Shown piece after piece: positions 13,880 to 26,420 of a stretch of 64,000 nucleotides of DNA. Each line of letters begins with the position of its first letter. Within the stretch, counting starts at the first letter, position 1. The DNA is from Antedon mediterranea (Eukaryota > Animalia > Echinodermata), in the NCBI RefSeq assembly GCF_964355755.1, contig NC_092671.1:33800304-33864303 (forward strand). Direction: 5' to 3'. Both the position numbers and the translations under genes were made by a program. The notes under the pieces are model-generated. The model saw nothing but the letters and a program-made list of their open reading frames with translations. It did not search any database and was not told where the DNA came from.

Positions 13880-14120
13880 GTACTAATCATAAGAATATAA
13901 GATGCAAATAATATAATTGTAAAGAACAGTATGGTTAAGAACCATCACATCCTTAGGGTTATGTAAAATCAGAACTTCATAGGAAGTATGTTCAGCAAAA
14001 CGCTATTATGTAAATGGTTTTTAACTCAATGCAGGGCCCCAATGGAAATCAGTTTTTAACTGTTTGGGCTAACCCTGAGTAAACAAAGTAATAATAATAA
14101 TATTATATTATTATATTATC
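13880..14120 (+). mobile_element. LINE (L2/CR1-group) 3' tail fragment inside the Helitron
   Basis: cagggcccc...atcag...ctg...aaccctg stem-loop followed by (AAT)n; similar to the tail at 43437-43520. Confidence 0.5.
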
Positions 14121-15024
14121 TGAAAAGTTACACACAAGAGGAAGCCGTTAATAGGGGTCATCAATCACTGAAACAGTCTCTAGCGTGACCGTGCCAAGAG
14201 ATTAAAAGCATAGTATATCAAAAAAGTGGGTGACAGTGAGCGGGGCTTTAACATTTGTATCACAATATATCATGACAAAAGCATCTTCTTAATTTTTTAA
14301 TAACAAACTGATCAAATAACAACTTCCGTAGCCTACTTATATATCGGTCGTAGTAGACACCATTTATAATTATAAATAGAGCAAGCAACAGAAATAATCG
14401 ATAATATAAACAGTAAATATGTTTCCCTGGTAGGCCTACCAGGGCTCCTATAGTAACATTTAATCGCACCTAAATTTCATTAAATGGTTAATAAATAGCA
14501 TAAATAATTAGTTCAATTAGCCTCCTATAGTAACATTGAATCGCACCTAAATTTGATAAAATGATTATTAAAAGCATAAATATTTAGTAAAATTAAAATT
14601 ACTAAAACAAATTGTATTTCACGTAAAGTAAATGCCTTTAATCAATATAATTGATTAGTTGAATATCTAAAAAAAATTAAATTGCAGTAGGCCTAGTTCA
14701 CGATACGTTGAACCACTAAAATATTTGTATTTAATATTGAATGTCGCCACCAACGGCCATTTGCCGGAAGTGACGGACCCGGAAGCAAGTTGAACAACAG
14801 CGCGAGTGTGTAAAAGTAACCCTGTGATATCCACAAATTTCGATAGGTAACGCGAAATGTTGTCGTTGTAAAAGAAAACAATGGAACAATAGCGTAGTAC
14901 TGAAAACTAATGTTATCAAATCTACGTTTCGCGGTACATCTGAGATAGATAAGGTAGGTATCCAAGGCGGAGATTTATACCGAAGTGTTTCCATTGTGCT
15001 CGCCTATGTCAGAAATAACCATAA

Positions 15025-16507
15025 TTAGGTTATATGCATGATATGCATATAACCTCTTGATTCTGTCAGAATCTTTATTTATTTATTTATTTATTTATTT
15101 ATTCTTTCCTTAGCACTATTTGTCCGTCAATTATCTTGATATCAGTTTCATGTAACTAAGTCAATTTTTCAGAGTATATTCCTTATGGCCAGGAATCGAT
15201 GTGGTTATGTTTTCACGGTGCGCAATCAAACATTACGTGGTCTACGCGCGATTTAATGAAATCACGTTTGTAATCATAACTTCACAAGCATGAATCATTT
15301 TTAAACAAAATTTGGTACTCATAAATTTCAGGTTATATTTCATCATATGGCAATACAATTACGTGCGTAGCGCATATAACGCATGCGTACGCGCACTTAA
15401 AATGTTCAAAATTGTCAGAATTTATTTTCGATGAAATTAGAGTACGTTTCAGGCAATTTTAAGCGTTTAAAAAATTACCATGAGTGCGCAGATTTTTGCA
15501 CGCGCACTGCGCGTCAAACGTTAATGCGCACTTTTTTTGTCCGATTACTGTTGTATAACCTTTCTTTAATAATATCATCAAATTTTATTCACTTTTCAAC
15601 GCCAAACAGCGTTATACGAGCACGTCTAAAGTGACAGGCTACGCACGTGTAAGTTAACAAAATGGTGAAAATATGCTAAATTTTAAAATTAATATATATC
15701 GTTAGAATGCTCGGGAACACCTATTTTTTATTTCATTTTCTTGAAGTGTATGTATCATATGTATGATTTATTATGAAATTAGGAGAAAAAAAGTTGATTA
15801 AGTCATCATTAATGGCATATTAAATTTAAAAAAATTAATTATGACAATCAATCAAATTATAACATTTTCTTAGGCCGAAATAACAAACTTAACATTAACT
15901 TTCTTCCTTCAAAAGTTCATATATTAAAGTTAAAAGTATGTAGTTTGACAGTGCATCATTTGTTTACATTTTAAAGATGTCATCATAGTAAAAAATTATA
16001 ATTCATTTCGGTATGTAATAATCTATTTGCATCAAAGTGGTTACTGCATAGTAAATACTCGGAGGAATGTTTCTACAACTTTTAGTCAGTTGTGTATGGC
16101 TCGATGGTCTGTGCTCGTGTCTATGGCATTCAAGGTACCGAGATCGAGTCTCACCTTGGGAAACGAAATAAGATTTTTTTTTATTATCCGTATTGTTTGT
16201 TCAAATTTATTTCTTAGTGTATAGATTATACACATGATTTATAATGAAATCTAGATAAAAATTAACTTATGTCTTTATTATTATGTAACAACAAATGTGG
16301 TTTATGACATTATACGCATATGGATCTTTGATCGGATTGTGATACCGGCTATGGTGTTCGCGTTAGCAAGGTCCTATCATATATTATAAATAATTAAAGA
16401 TTCTGAGAAAATCAATCAATCAATATATCTTTTAAAAATCAATTATCTTTATTTAAAAATCAATGCATATAACCTATAATTCGTCATAGTGACGAATTAA
16501 ATCTAGT
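15025..16507 (+). mobile_element. Helentron-associated element (HINE/DINE-1-like), family 2
   Basis: 5' hairpin aggttatatgcat-gat-atgcatataacct, 3' subTIR atgcatataacct (16463), hairpin aattcgtca-tag-tgacgaatt, then CTAG. Inserted in TT and carries (TTTA)n. Confidence 0.8.
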
Positions 16508-16519
16508 TTATATATAGAT

Positions 16520-16850
16520 ACGTATGATTCTTTATTGAAGCAATGTTAATTTAGTGAGATTTGATTGAAAAGTATTACCCCAGACTACATTAGAATGTGA
16601 AAAATAAGGAAGAACAAGATAATTATTTAAAATACGAAGAATAATAATTTACAGGAACTAAACGTTTAATTCTGTTGATTATTCCTTTAGATATTTTAGT
16701 CACCAAATCATTGATATTGCATTTCCAAGTTAACTGAACATCAATGAAAACACCGAGAAATGTTGTTTGTTCTACACTTTGAATGTCATCATTGTTAAGG
16801 ACAATTTTAAAATTATCTACATCATCAGCCTTTTTCTTCTTATTACTAAA
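16520..16850 (-). pseudogene. LINE RT C-terminal relic in the tandem unit (continues 13530-13783; also ~19000-19560 and ~20920-21480)
   Basis: Translates VEQTTFLGVFID.QLTWK...SNVVWGN...LQ.RIIR...NYNTRSS, typical of L2/CR1-group ORF2 ends. Confidence 0.8.
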
Positions 16851-17706
16851 ATAATAGAATATAATTACATTTCTTTGAATTTAATGTAATATGTTATTAA
16901 TATAATGTAATTGGTTGTTATAATGTAATTGGGTGTTAATAATGTAATTGATTTTCAATAACGATCGAAAGTTAAATGTTTAAACAATGTTATTAACTTT
17001 AATTATTTAATTATCTATTTCAAAACAATATATTAGAAAGAAATTTCATTTATGTTGGTTATGATATTATTATACAATTCAATTAGAATCACAAAGAAGA
17101 TCTAGAAGTCTGCAGAGAGCAGACGAACATTTCAATGAACGTAAATTTTAGTGTTGTGATCGAAATTTAAATGTTATGACAAAGAGTAGAAAAGAGAAAA
17201 GATTGGTTTGGTTAAGTTCATAACTCTGTGTAATAACTACTATCAACATAACTGTTGGTTATAATCACCTTCTTGCTTACTGCTTATGTCATGATCTGAA
17301 ATAAAACAATTAGAGTATCAAAAACGTATACAGTAATTTGTGAGCAGATCTTGGTCCTCCAATTCCGCTAACCACCAATCGTTCCAAGTAAAACACAAAC
17401 ATTGACATACATAAACGTAAAACAATATAGTATTTAGATTACATATTATTATTCTATATAATATAAACATTTTGTAGTTGGCCTGTTGGCCTCTGATTTA
17501 AAAATAAATTGATATCAATCATAGGGCTGGAACAAGAATTATAGATGAATACAAAGGTATATTTACTCACCTGCCATTTGCCCAAAAACAATTTATAAGA
17601 ATAAAATAAAACATTACTATAAACAGTTACTACTAATGTGCTCATCACAACACATACCTTCTTGAATGTTGTGTTATACACCTATTCTAAAAGTAGCCGT
17701 TAAAAA

Positions 17707-18508
17707 ACAAGGCCAACAGCCATTAAGTCGCGTGCTACAATGCATAGTGATACCGGACCGACAGACAAACAGACCGACAGACAGACAGACCGACAGACAG
17801 ACGGACCGACCGACATAGTGAACTATACTGACCGAAATTACTGAACATGTTTAAAAATGTTGAAATGTTTAAAAACATTTATATTTTTTTAATTTACACG
17901 TGCGTAGCGTGTCACTTTTGACGTGCTCGTATAACGTAATTTCGAGTTGAAAAGTAAGTCAAGAAAACAGAAATCGGGCAAAAAGAGTGCGCAATAACAT
18001 TTAACGCGCAGTGCGCGCGCAAAAATCTGCGCACTCATGGCAATTTTGTAAGCGCTTAAAATTGCCTGAAACGTACTCTTATTTCATCGAAAATAAATTT
18101 TGAAAATTTTAAGCGCGCGTACGCATGCGTTACATGCGCTACGCACGTAATTGTATTGCCATATGATGATTTATGCCCTGAAATTTATGAGTACCAAATT
18201 TTATTTAATTGTGAATTCATGGTTGTTAAGATATGATTACAAACGTGATTTCGTTAAATCGTACGTAGACCGCGTAATTTTTTATTGCGCACCGTGAAAA
18301 CATAACCACATCGATTCCTGGCCATAAGGAATATTCTGTGAAAAATTGACTTAGCTAGATTAAACTGATATCAAGATAAGGTCATAAAGCGATAAAACGC
18401 ATAGTGATACCGGACCGACAGACAGACAGACAGACAGACCGACAGACAGACCGACAGACAGACCGACCGACCGACATAGTGAACTATAGAGTCGCTTCCA
18501 CGCGACTA
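17707..18508 (-). mobile_element. HINE/DINE-1-like element, family 1, copy 1
   Basis: SubTIRs agtcgcgtg/cacgcgact, terminal hairpin agtcgc-gtggaa-gcgact and two (GTCY)n tracts. Inserted in an A/T run; the empty site is at 20431-20460. Confidence 0.88.
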
Positions 18509-18644
18509 AAAACAAGGACAAATCACGTGTCTTTCTAAACTAGCAATTCAATCAATCAATTCTAACAAAAAAATCCAGAAATATAATGAGATAATAGTAA
18601 TCATTAAATGGAGTTTGTCGATTTGTTCCTAAAATATTATTTAC

Positions 18645-20322
18645 CTCAAAATCTGTAATTTATATCAACAAAAAGTATAGAAGTCAATGAGTTTTTGGTT
18701 TATTTTTTTGTTTATTTTGTTTTCTTTTATTATGAACGTAATTAAATGATTGAAACTGCGAAATGGTATATTCTTTTTTTTTTATTAATCTTCATTTTCA
18801 TGTTTTTTGGGGGACAATTCATCTTTACCTTAGAACATAAGAACAGCAAAATGTCTGTTTTTGTCTTGAGTAAGTCCCATTTTATGTAGAAAAATTCTGG
18901 TCGGTAAACTTTTAAATTGTCTGGTCTATCTCTACTAACCTTCATCTCGACGAATTCTGCTTCCACGCTCTGAAATGTAATAAAATAATAATATCTGATA
19001 GTTACTTTGGTGAAATATAGTGTTTTGGGAGATGACTATAAGAGGATGACCTAGTGTTGTAATTATAGAAATTAACAATAATTTAAACATACCGTAAAAT
19101 CTATGAGGATAATTATGATTAATACAGTTATTAACAAAAATATATAGCTGATAAGTATTGATATCTTTAAGGGACATAAGATTAAGTTCCTTACAGAAGG
19201 ACCCGTATTAGCTTTAAAAGAAGATTTTGAAATTATACGTATGATTCTTTATTGAAGCAATGTTAATTTAGTGACATTTTGATTGAAAAGCATTACCCCA
19301 GACTACATTAGAATGTGAAAAATAAGGAAGAACAAGAGAATTATATAAAGTACGAAGAATAATAATTTACAGGAACTAAATATTTAATTCTGTTGATTAT
19401 TCCTTTAGATATTTTAGTCACCAAATCATTGATATTGTATTTCCAAGTTAACTGATCATCATGAAAACACCGAGACATTTTGTTTGTTCTACTCTTTGGA
19501 TGTCATCATTGTTAAGTACAATTTTAAAATTATCTACATCATCAGCCTTATTCTTCTTATTACTAAATATAATATAATTACATTACTTTGAATTTAATGA
19601 TAATCTATTTATAGCCTTAAACCATTCACAAATATAATGTAATTGGTTATTAATATTATGTAATTGGTTGTTATAATGCAATTGGGTGTTAAATGTAATT
19701 GATTTTCAATAACGATCGAAAGTTAAATGTTTAAACAATGTTGTTAACTTTAATTATTTAATTATCTATTTCAAAACAATATATTAGAAAGAAATTTCAT
19801 TTCTGTTGGTTTTGATATTATTATACAATTCAATTAGAATCACACAGAAGATCTAGAAGTCTGCAGAGAGCAGACAAACATTTCAATGAACGTACATTTT
19901 AGTGTTGTGATCGTAATTTAAATGTTATGACAAAGAGTAGAAAAGAGAAAAGATTGGTTTGGTTAAGTTTATAACTCTATGTAATAACTACTATCAACAT
20001 AACTGTTGGTTATAATCACCTTCTTGCTTACTGCTTATGTCATGATCTGAAATAAAACAATTAGAGTATCAACAACGTATACAGTAATTTGTGAGCAGAT
20101 CTTGGTCCTCCAATCCCGCTAACCACAAATCGTTCCAAGTAAAACACAAACATTGACAAACATAAACCTAAAATAGTATAGTTTTTAGATTACATATTAT
20201 TATTCTATATAATATAAACATTTTCTAGTTGGCCTGTTGGTTTCTGATTAAAAAATAAATTGATATCAATCATATGGCCGGAACACGAATTATAGATGAA
20301 TACAAAAGTATATTTACTCACC
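18645..20322 (-). pseudogene. Representative microexon set of the tandem unit: signal-peptide-like exon end (20322), 15 nt (20032-20046), 30 nt (18940-18969), 8 nt (18645-18652)
   Basis: The 15-, 30- and 8-nt exons all have canonical AG/GT sites and compatible phases, giving ...FGQMA-DHDIS-KRGSRIRRDE-DFE. The signal-like exon carries different indels in each copy. Confidence 0.6.
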
Positions 20323-23300
20323 TGCCATTTGCCCAAAAACAATTTAAGAATAAAATAAAATATTATTAAAAACACTTATTCATCACAACACATACCTTCT
20401 TGAATGTTGTGTTATACACCTATTCTAAAAGTAGCCGTTAAAAAAAACAAGGACAAATCCCGTGTCTTTCTAAACTAGCGATTCAATCAATCAATTCTCC
20501 AAAAAAATTCCAGAAATATAATGAGATAATAGTAATCATTGTTCCTAAAATATTATTTACCTCAAAATCTGTAATTTATATCAACAAAAAGTATGGAAGT
20601 CAATGAGTTTTTGGTTGATTTTTTTTGTTTATTTTGTTTTTTTTTATTATGGACGTAATTAAATTATTGAAACTGCGAAATGGTATATTCTTTTTTTTGT
20701 ATTAATCTTCATTTTCATGTTTTTTGGGGGACAATTCATCTTTACCTTAGAACATAAGAACAGCAAAATGTCTGTTTTTGTCTTGAGTAAGTCCCATTTT
20801 ATGTAGAAAAATTCTAGTCGGTAAACTTATAAATTGTCTGGTCTATCTCTACTAACCTTCATCTCGACGAATTCTGCTGCCACGCTCTGAAATGTAATAA
20901 AATAATAATATCTGATAGTTACTTTGGTGAAATATAGTGTTTTGGGAGATGACTATAAGAGGATGACCTAGTGTTGTAATTATAGAAATTAACATTAATT
21001 TAAACATACCGTAAAATCTATGAGGATAATTATGATTAATACAGTTATTAACAAAAATATATAGCTGATAAGTATTGATATCTTTAAGTGACATAAGATT
21101 AAGTTCCTTACAGAAGGACCCGTATTAGCTTTAAAAGAAGATTTTGAAATTATACGTATGATTCTTTATTGAAGCAATGTTAATTTAGTGACATTTGATT
21201 GAAAAGCATTACCCCAGACTACATTAGAATGTGAAAAATAAGGAAGAACAAGAGAATTATATAAAGTACGAAGAATAATAATTTACAGGAACTAAAAGTT
21301 TAATTCTGTTGATTATTCCTTTAGATATTTTAGTCACCAAATCATTGATATTGTATTTTCAAGTTAACTGATCATCATGAAAACACCGAGACATTTTGTT
21401 TGTTCTACTCTTTGGATGTCATCATTGTTAAGTACAATTTTAAAATTATCTACATCATCAGTCTTCTTCTTCTTATTACTAAATATAATATAATTACATT
21501 ACCTTGAATTTAATGATAATCTATTTATAGCCTTAAACCATTCACAAATATAATGTAATTGGTTATTAATATTATGTAATTGGTTGTTATAATGTAATTG
21601 GGTGTTAATAATGTAGTTGATTTTCAATACCTATTGAAAGTTAAATGTTGTTTAAACAATGTTATTTACTTTAATTATTTAATTATCTATTTCAAAACAA
21701 TATATTTGAAAGAAATTTCATTTCTGTTGGTTATGATATTATTATAAAATTCAATTAGAATCACACAGAAGATCTAGAAGTCTGCAGAGAGCAGACGAAC
21801 AGTTCAATGAACGTACATTTTAGTGTTGTGATCGAAATTTAAATGTTATGACAAAGAGTAGAAAAGAGAAAAGATTGGTTTGGTTAAGTTTATAACTCTG
21901 TGTAATAACTACTATCAACATAACTGTTGGTTATAATCACCTTCTTGCTTACTGCTTATGTCATGATCTGAAATAAAACAATTAGAGTATCAACAACGTA
22001 TACAGTAATTTGTGAGCAGATCTTGGTCCTCCAATCCCGCTAACCACCAATCGTTCCAAGTAAAACACAAACATTGACATACATAAACCTAAAATAGTAT
22101 AGTTTTTAGATTACATATTATTATTCTATATTATATATAAACATTTTCTAGTTGGCCTGTTGGTTTCTGATTAAAAAATAAATTGATATCAATCATAGGG
22201 CCGGAACACGAATTATAGATGAATACAAACGTATATTTACTCACCTGCCATTTGCCCAAAAACAATTTCAGAATAAAATAAAATATTATTAAAAACACTT
22301 ACTCATCACAACACATACCTTCTTGATATTGTTTTATACACCTATTCTAAAAGTAGCCGTAAAAAAAAAAAAACAAGGACAAATCACGTGTCTTTCTAAA
22401 CTGGCGATTCAATCAATCAATTCTCAAAAAAAATCCAGAAATATAATGAGATAATAGTAATCAGTAAATGGAGTTTGTCGATTTGTTCCTAATAGTTCTT
22501 TTGCTTTGCTACTACAGACAGATAAAACATGGTTTAAAAACACCGCAATTATGTAGCTATTCGTATATAGACAGACTCGCAGTAGCTAGATAGCTTGCGA
22601 TAGTCAGTTAGACTCTATCTACTTACAGCTGCACAATTACTGATTTAATTGTTTTAACCTCATACCAGAGTGGCTATATTCAATGTTTTGTTGAACACGC
22701 CATTTTAATGTAATATAATAGTTATTTATTTTCCCTGATTTGACAAATCGAAAAATGGATCGAAAAAAAATATTTACATCAAAATATGTAATTTATATCA
22801 ACAAAAAGTATGGAATTCAATGCGTTTTTGTTTAATTTATTTGTTTATATTTTTGTTTTTATTTTTGATTAATTTATTAAAACTGCGAAATGGTATATTC
22901 TTTTTTTTTTTATTAATCTTCATTTTCATGTGCCCCACCTCATTGATTACGTAGTGTATGGGTGTGGAGTGTACATTTAAGACATAAAGAAAATAGAGAT
23001 ACGATACATCATTTGTCATCTTTGTATTTTAGTTCTTATTATTATATTGACCAAAACATGGACCAAAGCAAAACTTTTACGCTGTTTTAAAATGTCTGTA
23101 TGTATTACATTTTCAGTGAATACATTTATTTTATTTCAAAACAGAAGTGTTAACATACAAATACAGTAACGGATACAAATACAATAAATAATTGAACCAT
23201 ACATTTGAAATATTATTTCAGCACATACGCAATTTATCAAAATTAGGCCTATTTACTACAATATGTACGGGAGTTACACACATTCATCCCGACGATTTCT

Positions 23301-23438
23301 GTTACGAGCTGAAAAAGTATACATGATAACTTTACGTGAAAGATGGGGCCTATAAATCACTCAAGATTATAAACGTATCTTGATATTTTATTCGCATATT
23401 TTTCTTGAAAAGATGAATTTGTAAGAAATTTTACTTAA

Positions 23439-24004
23439 AGCTCAGGTACAGACATGAATTTTAAAACTGGTTAATTGTACATAAATCAAATATTTGTAAC
23501 ATAAATCAAGACGAAAAAAACATGAATTTCCCTTAATATGGTCAAACACAACATTTTGCAAAATTCTGCCATAAAAAACCAGGAAGACTTTTTTCCAGTA
23601 GTTAGGTAGTTTAACCTAATGTAATAACATGTCTGGTGACTCCCTAGAAGGTGAAAAAAGATGGTGGATATATGGTGGATAATTTTTAATATAGCATGAA
23701 AATAAAAATCTGACGTTGAATAAAAATTCCAGAAATGTAAAATTCAAGTTATATTACTTATATTAGTCCTCTGATAACATTTTTTACCACAGCCGTTTAC
23801 TTTTCATAGCTTTCTAAAATGCCTATCTATTTACAAAATTTGTGTACAAAAGAATAAAGATGTTACTGTGTAATTTTAACTATCCTCCCACTGATAAGAA
23901 AGCGCTTATGTTCAACACAACAATTATGAAACATAGGGGAAACTATAGATCGATAATTATTGGAATGTATGATCAATAGAATTTTTTTTGCGCACACCTG
24001 GCCT
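23439..24004. mobile_element. Possible non-autonomous Kolobok-type DNA transposon
   Basis: TTAA|AGCTCAGGT...ACCTGGCCT|TTAA: imperfect TIR with TTAA on both sides. Confidence 0.45.
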
Positions 24005-24991
24005 TTAAAATTAGTTAAGATCTTATCGATAATATTTTGCATAAACAGGATTCGACAAAATATTTAAAGAAAAATCATCCCCTGAAAAAAATTATAAACA
24101 ATTTTGGTTTTGTTTATGCTGTTTTTGTCACATAATATTTATTCATTTCGACCAAAATATGGGTTGGATAAAAATCATTTACCTCTAAACAAACTGTAAT
24201 TTAAAGCAAAACCAATGGGTTTTTGGTTGAATTTACTTTGTTTATTTATAGATGAACAATGTTGGTGTGTTTTTTCTACGGAAGTGAATAACTTGATTAA
24301 AAATTAAAAAATGGCACCTTAGAAGTCTGATTTTAATCTTCATTTTTCATGGGGATAATACATCTTATAATTTACATAAATAATGTTACAACAAAGAAGA
24401 ATACTATTATACCTGGAGGGTTTTTAGATTTACTACAGTTATTCGCTTATTCCAAAAAAATATATTGACAAAATGTCGCTGGATTTAACAAGAAGTCCAA
24501 TGGCTTCCAGTTGAATATTTTTCTTTGAATTACTGTTTTAGGCCTATAGGCCTATGTAATCAATAACTTATAGTAATAAATTGTAAATCAAAAAGATTAG
24601 TACATTTGATACTAACTTACCATCGTTATCTTGGCACTGTCCAAATTCAGCCTGAAATAAAAATAAGACTAGAAACACAACGACCAACGTTTGCATTCTC
24701 CTGTAAAAAAGGGTATATTCGTTGTTATTGAAAAAGTTTCAACCTGGATCGAATGTGATAATTGTGAAAATGAAAATATTTATTAAGACACATTTTCTAT
24801 TATTACTTTGATGTTGCTATTGCTATTGCTATATATGCAGTTGCCCTAACCATTAGACCACTGGGGCTTTCATGGTATTGTTCAAACTCGATTGGATAGC
24901 GACTCTTTAACATTCTCGGCGTGGTACGGCGGAACAGCACTGGTCCTCAGTTGTACGCACGCGCAACAGAGATCAAATTGATACGCCCTCA

Positions 24992-26159
24992 TCTATTATC
25001 TATATATAAATTTACGTAAGGTCAAAATTCGGTAAATCGCGCCTTACATCTAGAATTTTTACTCGATGGTATATAAAGTTGGTTCGTACTTTCGGTACTG
25101 ATTGTAACCACCTGATGTAACCCTGTTTACTAATTAAATGAAGTTAGATAATTAGTTATTGACGATTAAAACGAATTTAGGTTCAACGATTTGCCCCAAA
25201 TAGGGGTGTTTTCCGATCGTGGTATACACTGTCTAATGGATGTCCATCTTGAAAAATACCAGCCAGAAAAATGCGAGGAGGCTTCGCATTTTCCTATCTC
25301 CTCCTACGATAATTGTTTTTAATAGCTGAAAACCGGTTGAACAGCTAGAGTACAGCATCATAATGTTGAAGACAGGCCGATTTTCTTTAAAAAATACTAT
25401 TTTGATAAATTTAATATACGATTATACAAATGTATTGATTTGCGATGAATGGAACATCCCAATCTCTCACTCTGCCAGAGTTTGGTTTAACACAAGTAGG
25501 TAAATTTATGAGCCCTTGGTTTAACACATACGGTAGGTAAATATATGGGCCCTTTGAGAATAAACTTGCAATAATTTGACAATACTGTAAATTAAATACC
25601 TATTAACTATTTGTTGTCCTCATTTGAATCGAGCATTTCTTACTGTGAATGTTCGTACTGTTAGATGTAATATAAAAATATACAAATAAACTTTATTACT
25701 GAGATTGTGGATAGGCTCTACTGTTAGATATACAAATAAACTTTATACTGACAAATGTTTTACTGTATTTAGAGGTATATTATTTATAGGCCTATAAAAC
25801 ATGAAAAAAATATTTCGTTACTGAGTGGATAAAGAATATATTTAAAAATTGTTCCTCTTTGTACCTATCCGCTTTCCCATCCCTCAACCCTAATGTTACA
25901 TACAAAACACAAATTCAAAAATTTGGACTCATTTTGTGGTAAGTTTCTCCTTCGGAAGTAATTCCCAGGGTGCTAATTTTAGTTGACTACATAAATCATC
26001 GTGTCTATTTATTCGTTTCTGTAAACGACTATGTATTATAGTCCCGCGGTACGTACATTTGAAATCGCCAGTTTTGTTACGCTGAAATTACTGTGTATTC
26101 GAGAACCATCTGTGGGCACGACCTAGATGGTACGCGAGCGAAGCGAGCGTACCATCTAG
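24992..26159 (+). mobile_element. Non-autonomous Helitron in gene B intron 1
   Basis: A|TC(TATTA)TCTATATATAAA start and a terminal hairpin ctagatggtacgc-gagcgaagcga-gcgtaccatCTAG|T. A related internal copy lies at 57760-58765 (minus). Confidence 0.8.
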
Positions 26160-26169
26160 TAATATATAA

Positions 26170-26420
26170 TTACTAAAAAAAAATCCTAAATAGCACATAG
26201 CGACACCACCTAAACGGTCGACCAACAAGTAGGCCAAATTTATAAAAGTAAACCACCAAATTCCTTGTGTATAGACTTAAGTAAACCTAATTCTTCATGT
26301 TAGAACAAGTGCTCTTGTATACACATTATATCAAAAATGAACTTATTTATTTCACTAACTCTAAGTTTAAGCGATTTACAGTTATATGAAATACATCGTA
26401 AGTGATTGGTCTCATTTCCA
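26170..26420 (-). pseudogene. LINE apurinic endonuclease N-terminal relic
   Basis: LRCISYNCKSL...DIMCIQEH...GRP..GGVA motifs. Confidence 0.6.

Larger units (their letters stand above)
13784..16518 (-). mobile_element. Non-autonomous Helitron inserted in a tandem unit
   Basis: On the minus strand it reads A|TCTATATA...CTAG|T. The empty site aaattatacg is seen in sister units (19230, 21147), with no TSD. After removing the nested HINE, the 5' end TCTATATATAAATTATGGTT equals 60915. Confidence 0.85.
12860..22930. repeat. Tandem array of a ~1.92-kb unit (~3.5 copies) carrying microexons and a LINE relic
   Basis: The marker agagtagaaaagagaaaagattgg occurs at ~12866, 17183, 19934 and 21855. The last spacing is 1921 bp; the others are explained by a Helitron, a HINE and a deletion. 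Confidence 0.92.

Noticed and set aside
16090-16165. tRNA-like A/B boxes (tggctcgatgg...gagatcgagtc); a similar trace lies at ~61776
   Set aside because: No complete cloverleaf; at most decayed SINE heads inside TEs.
24621-24651. Apparent 31-nt microexon with tttcag acceptor
   Set aside because: Better explained as the 3' part of the 80-nt signal-peptide exon; the T-rich acceptor encodes VLFLFQ.
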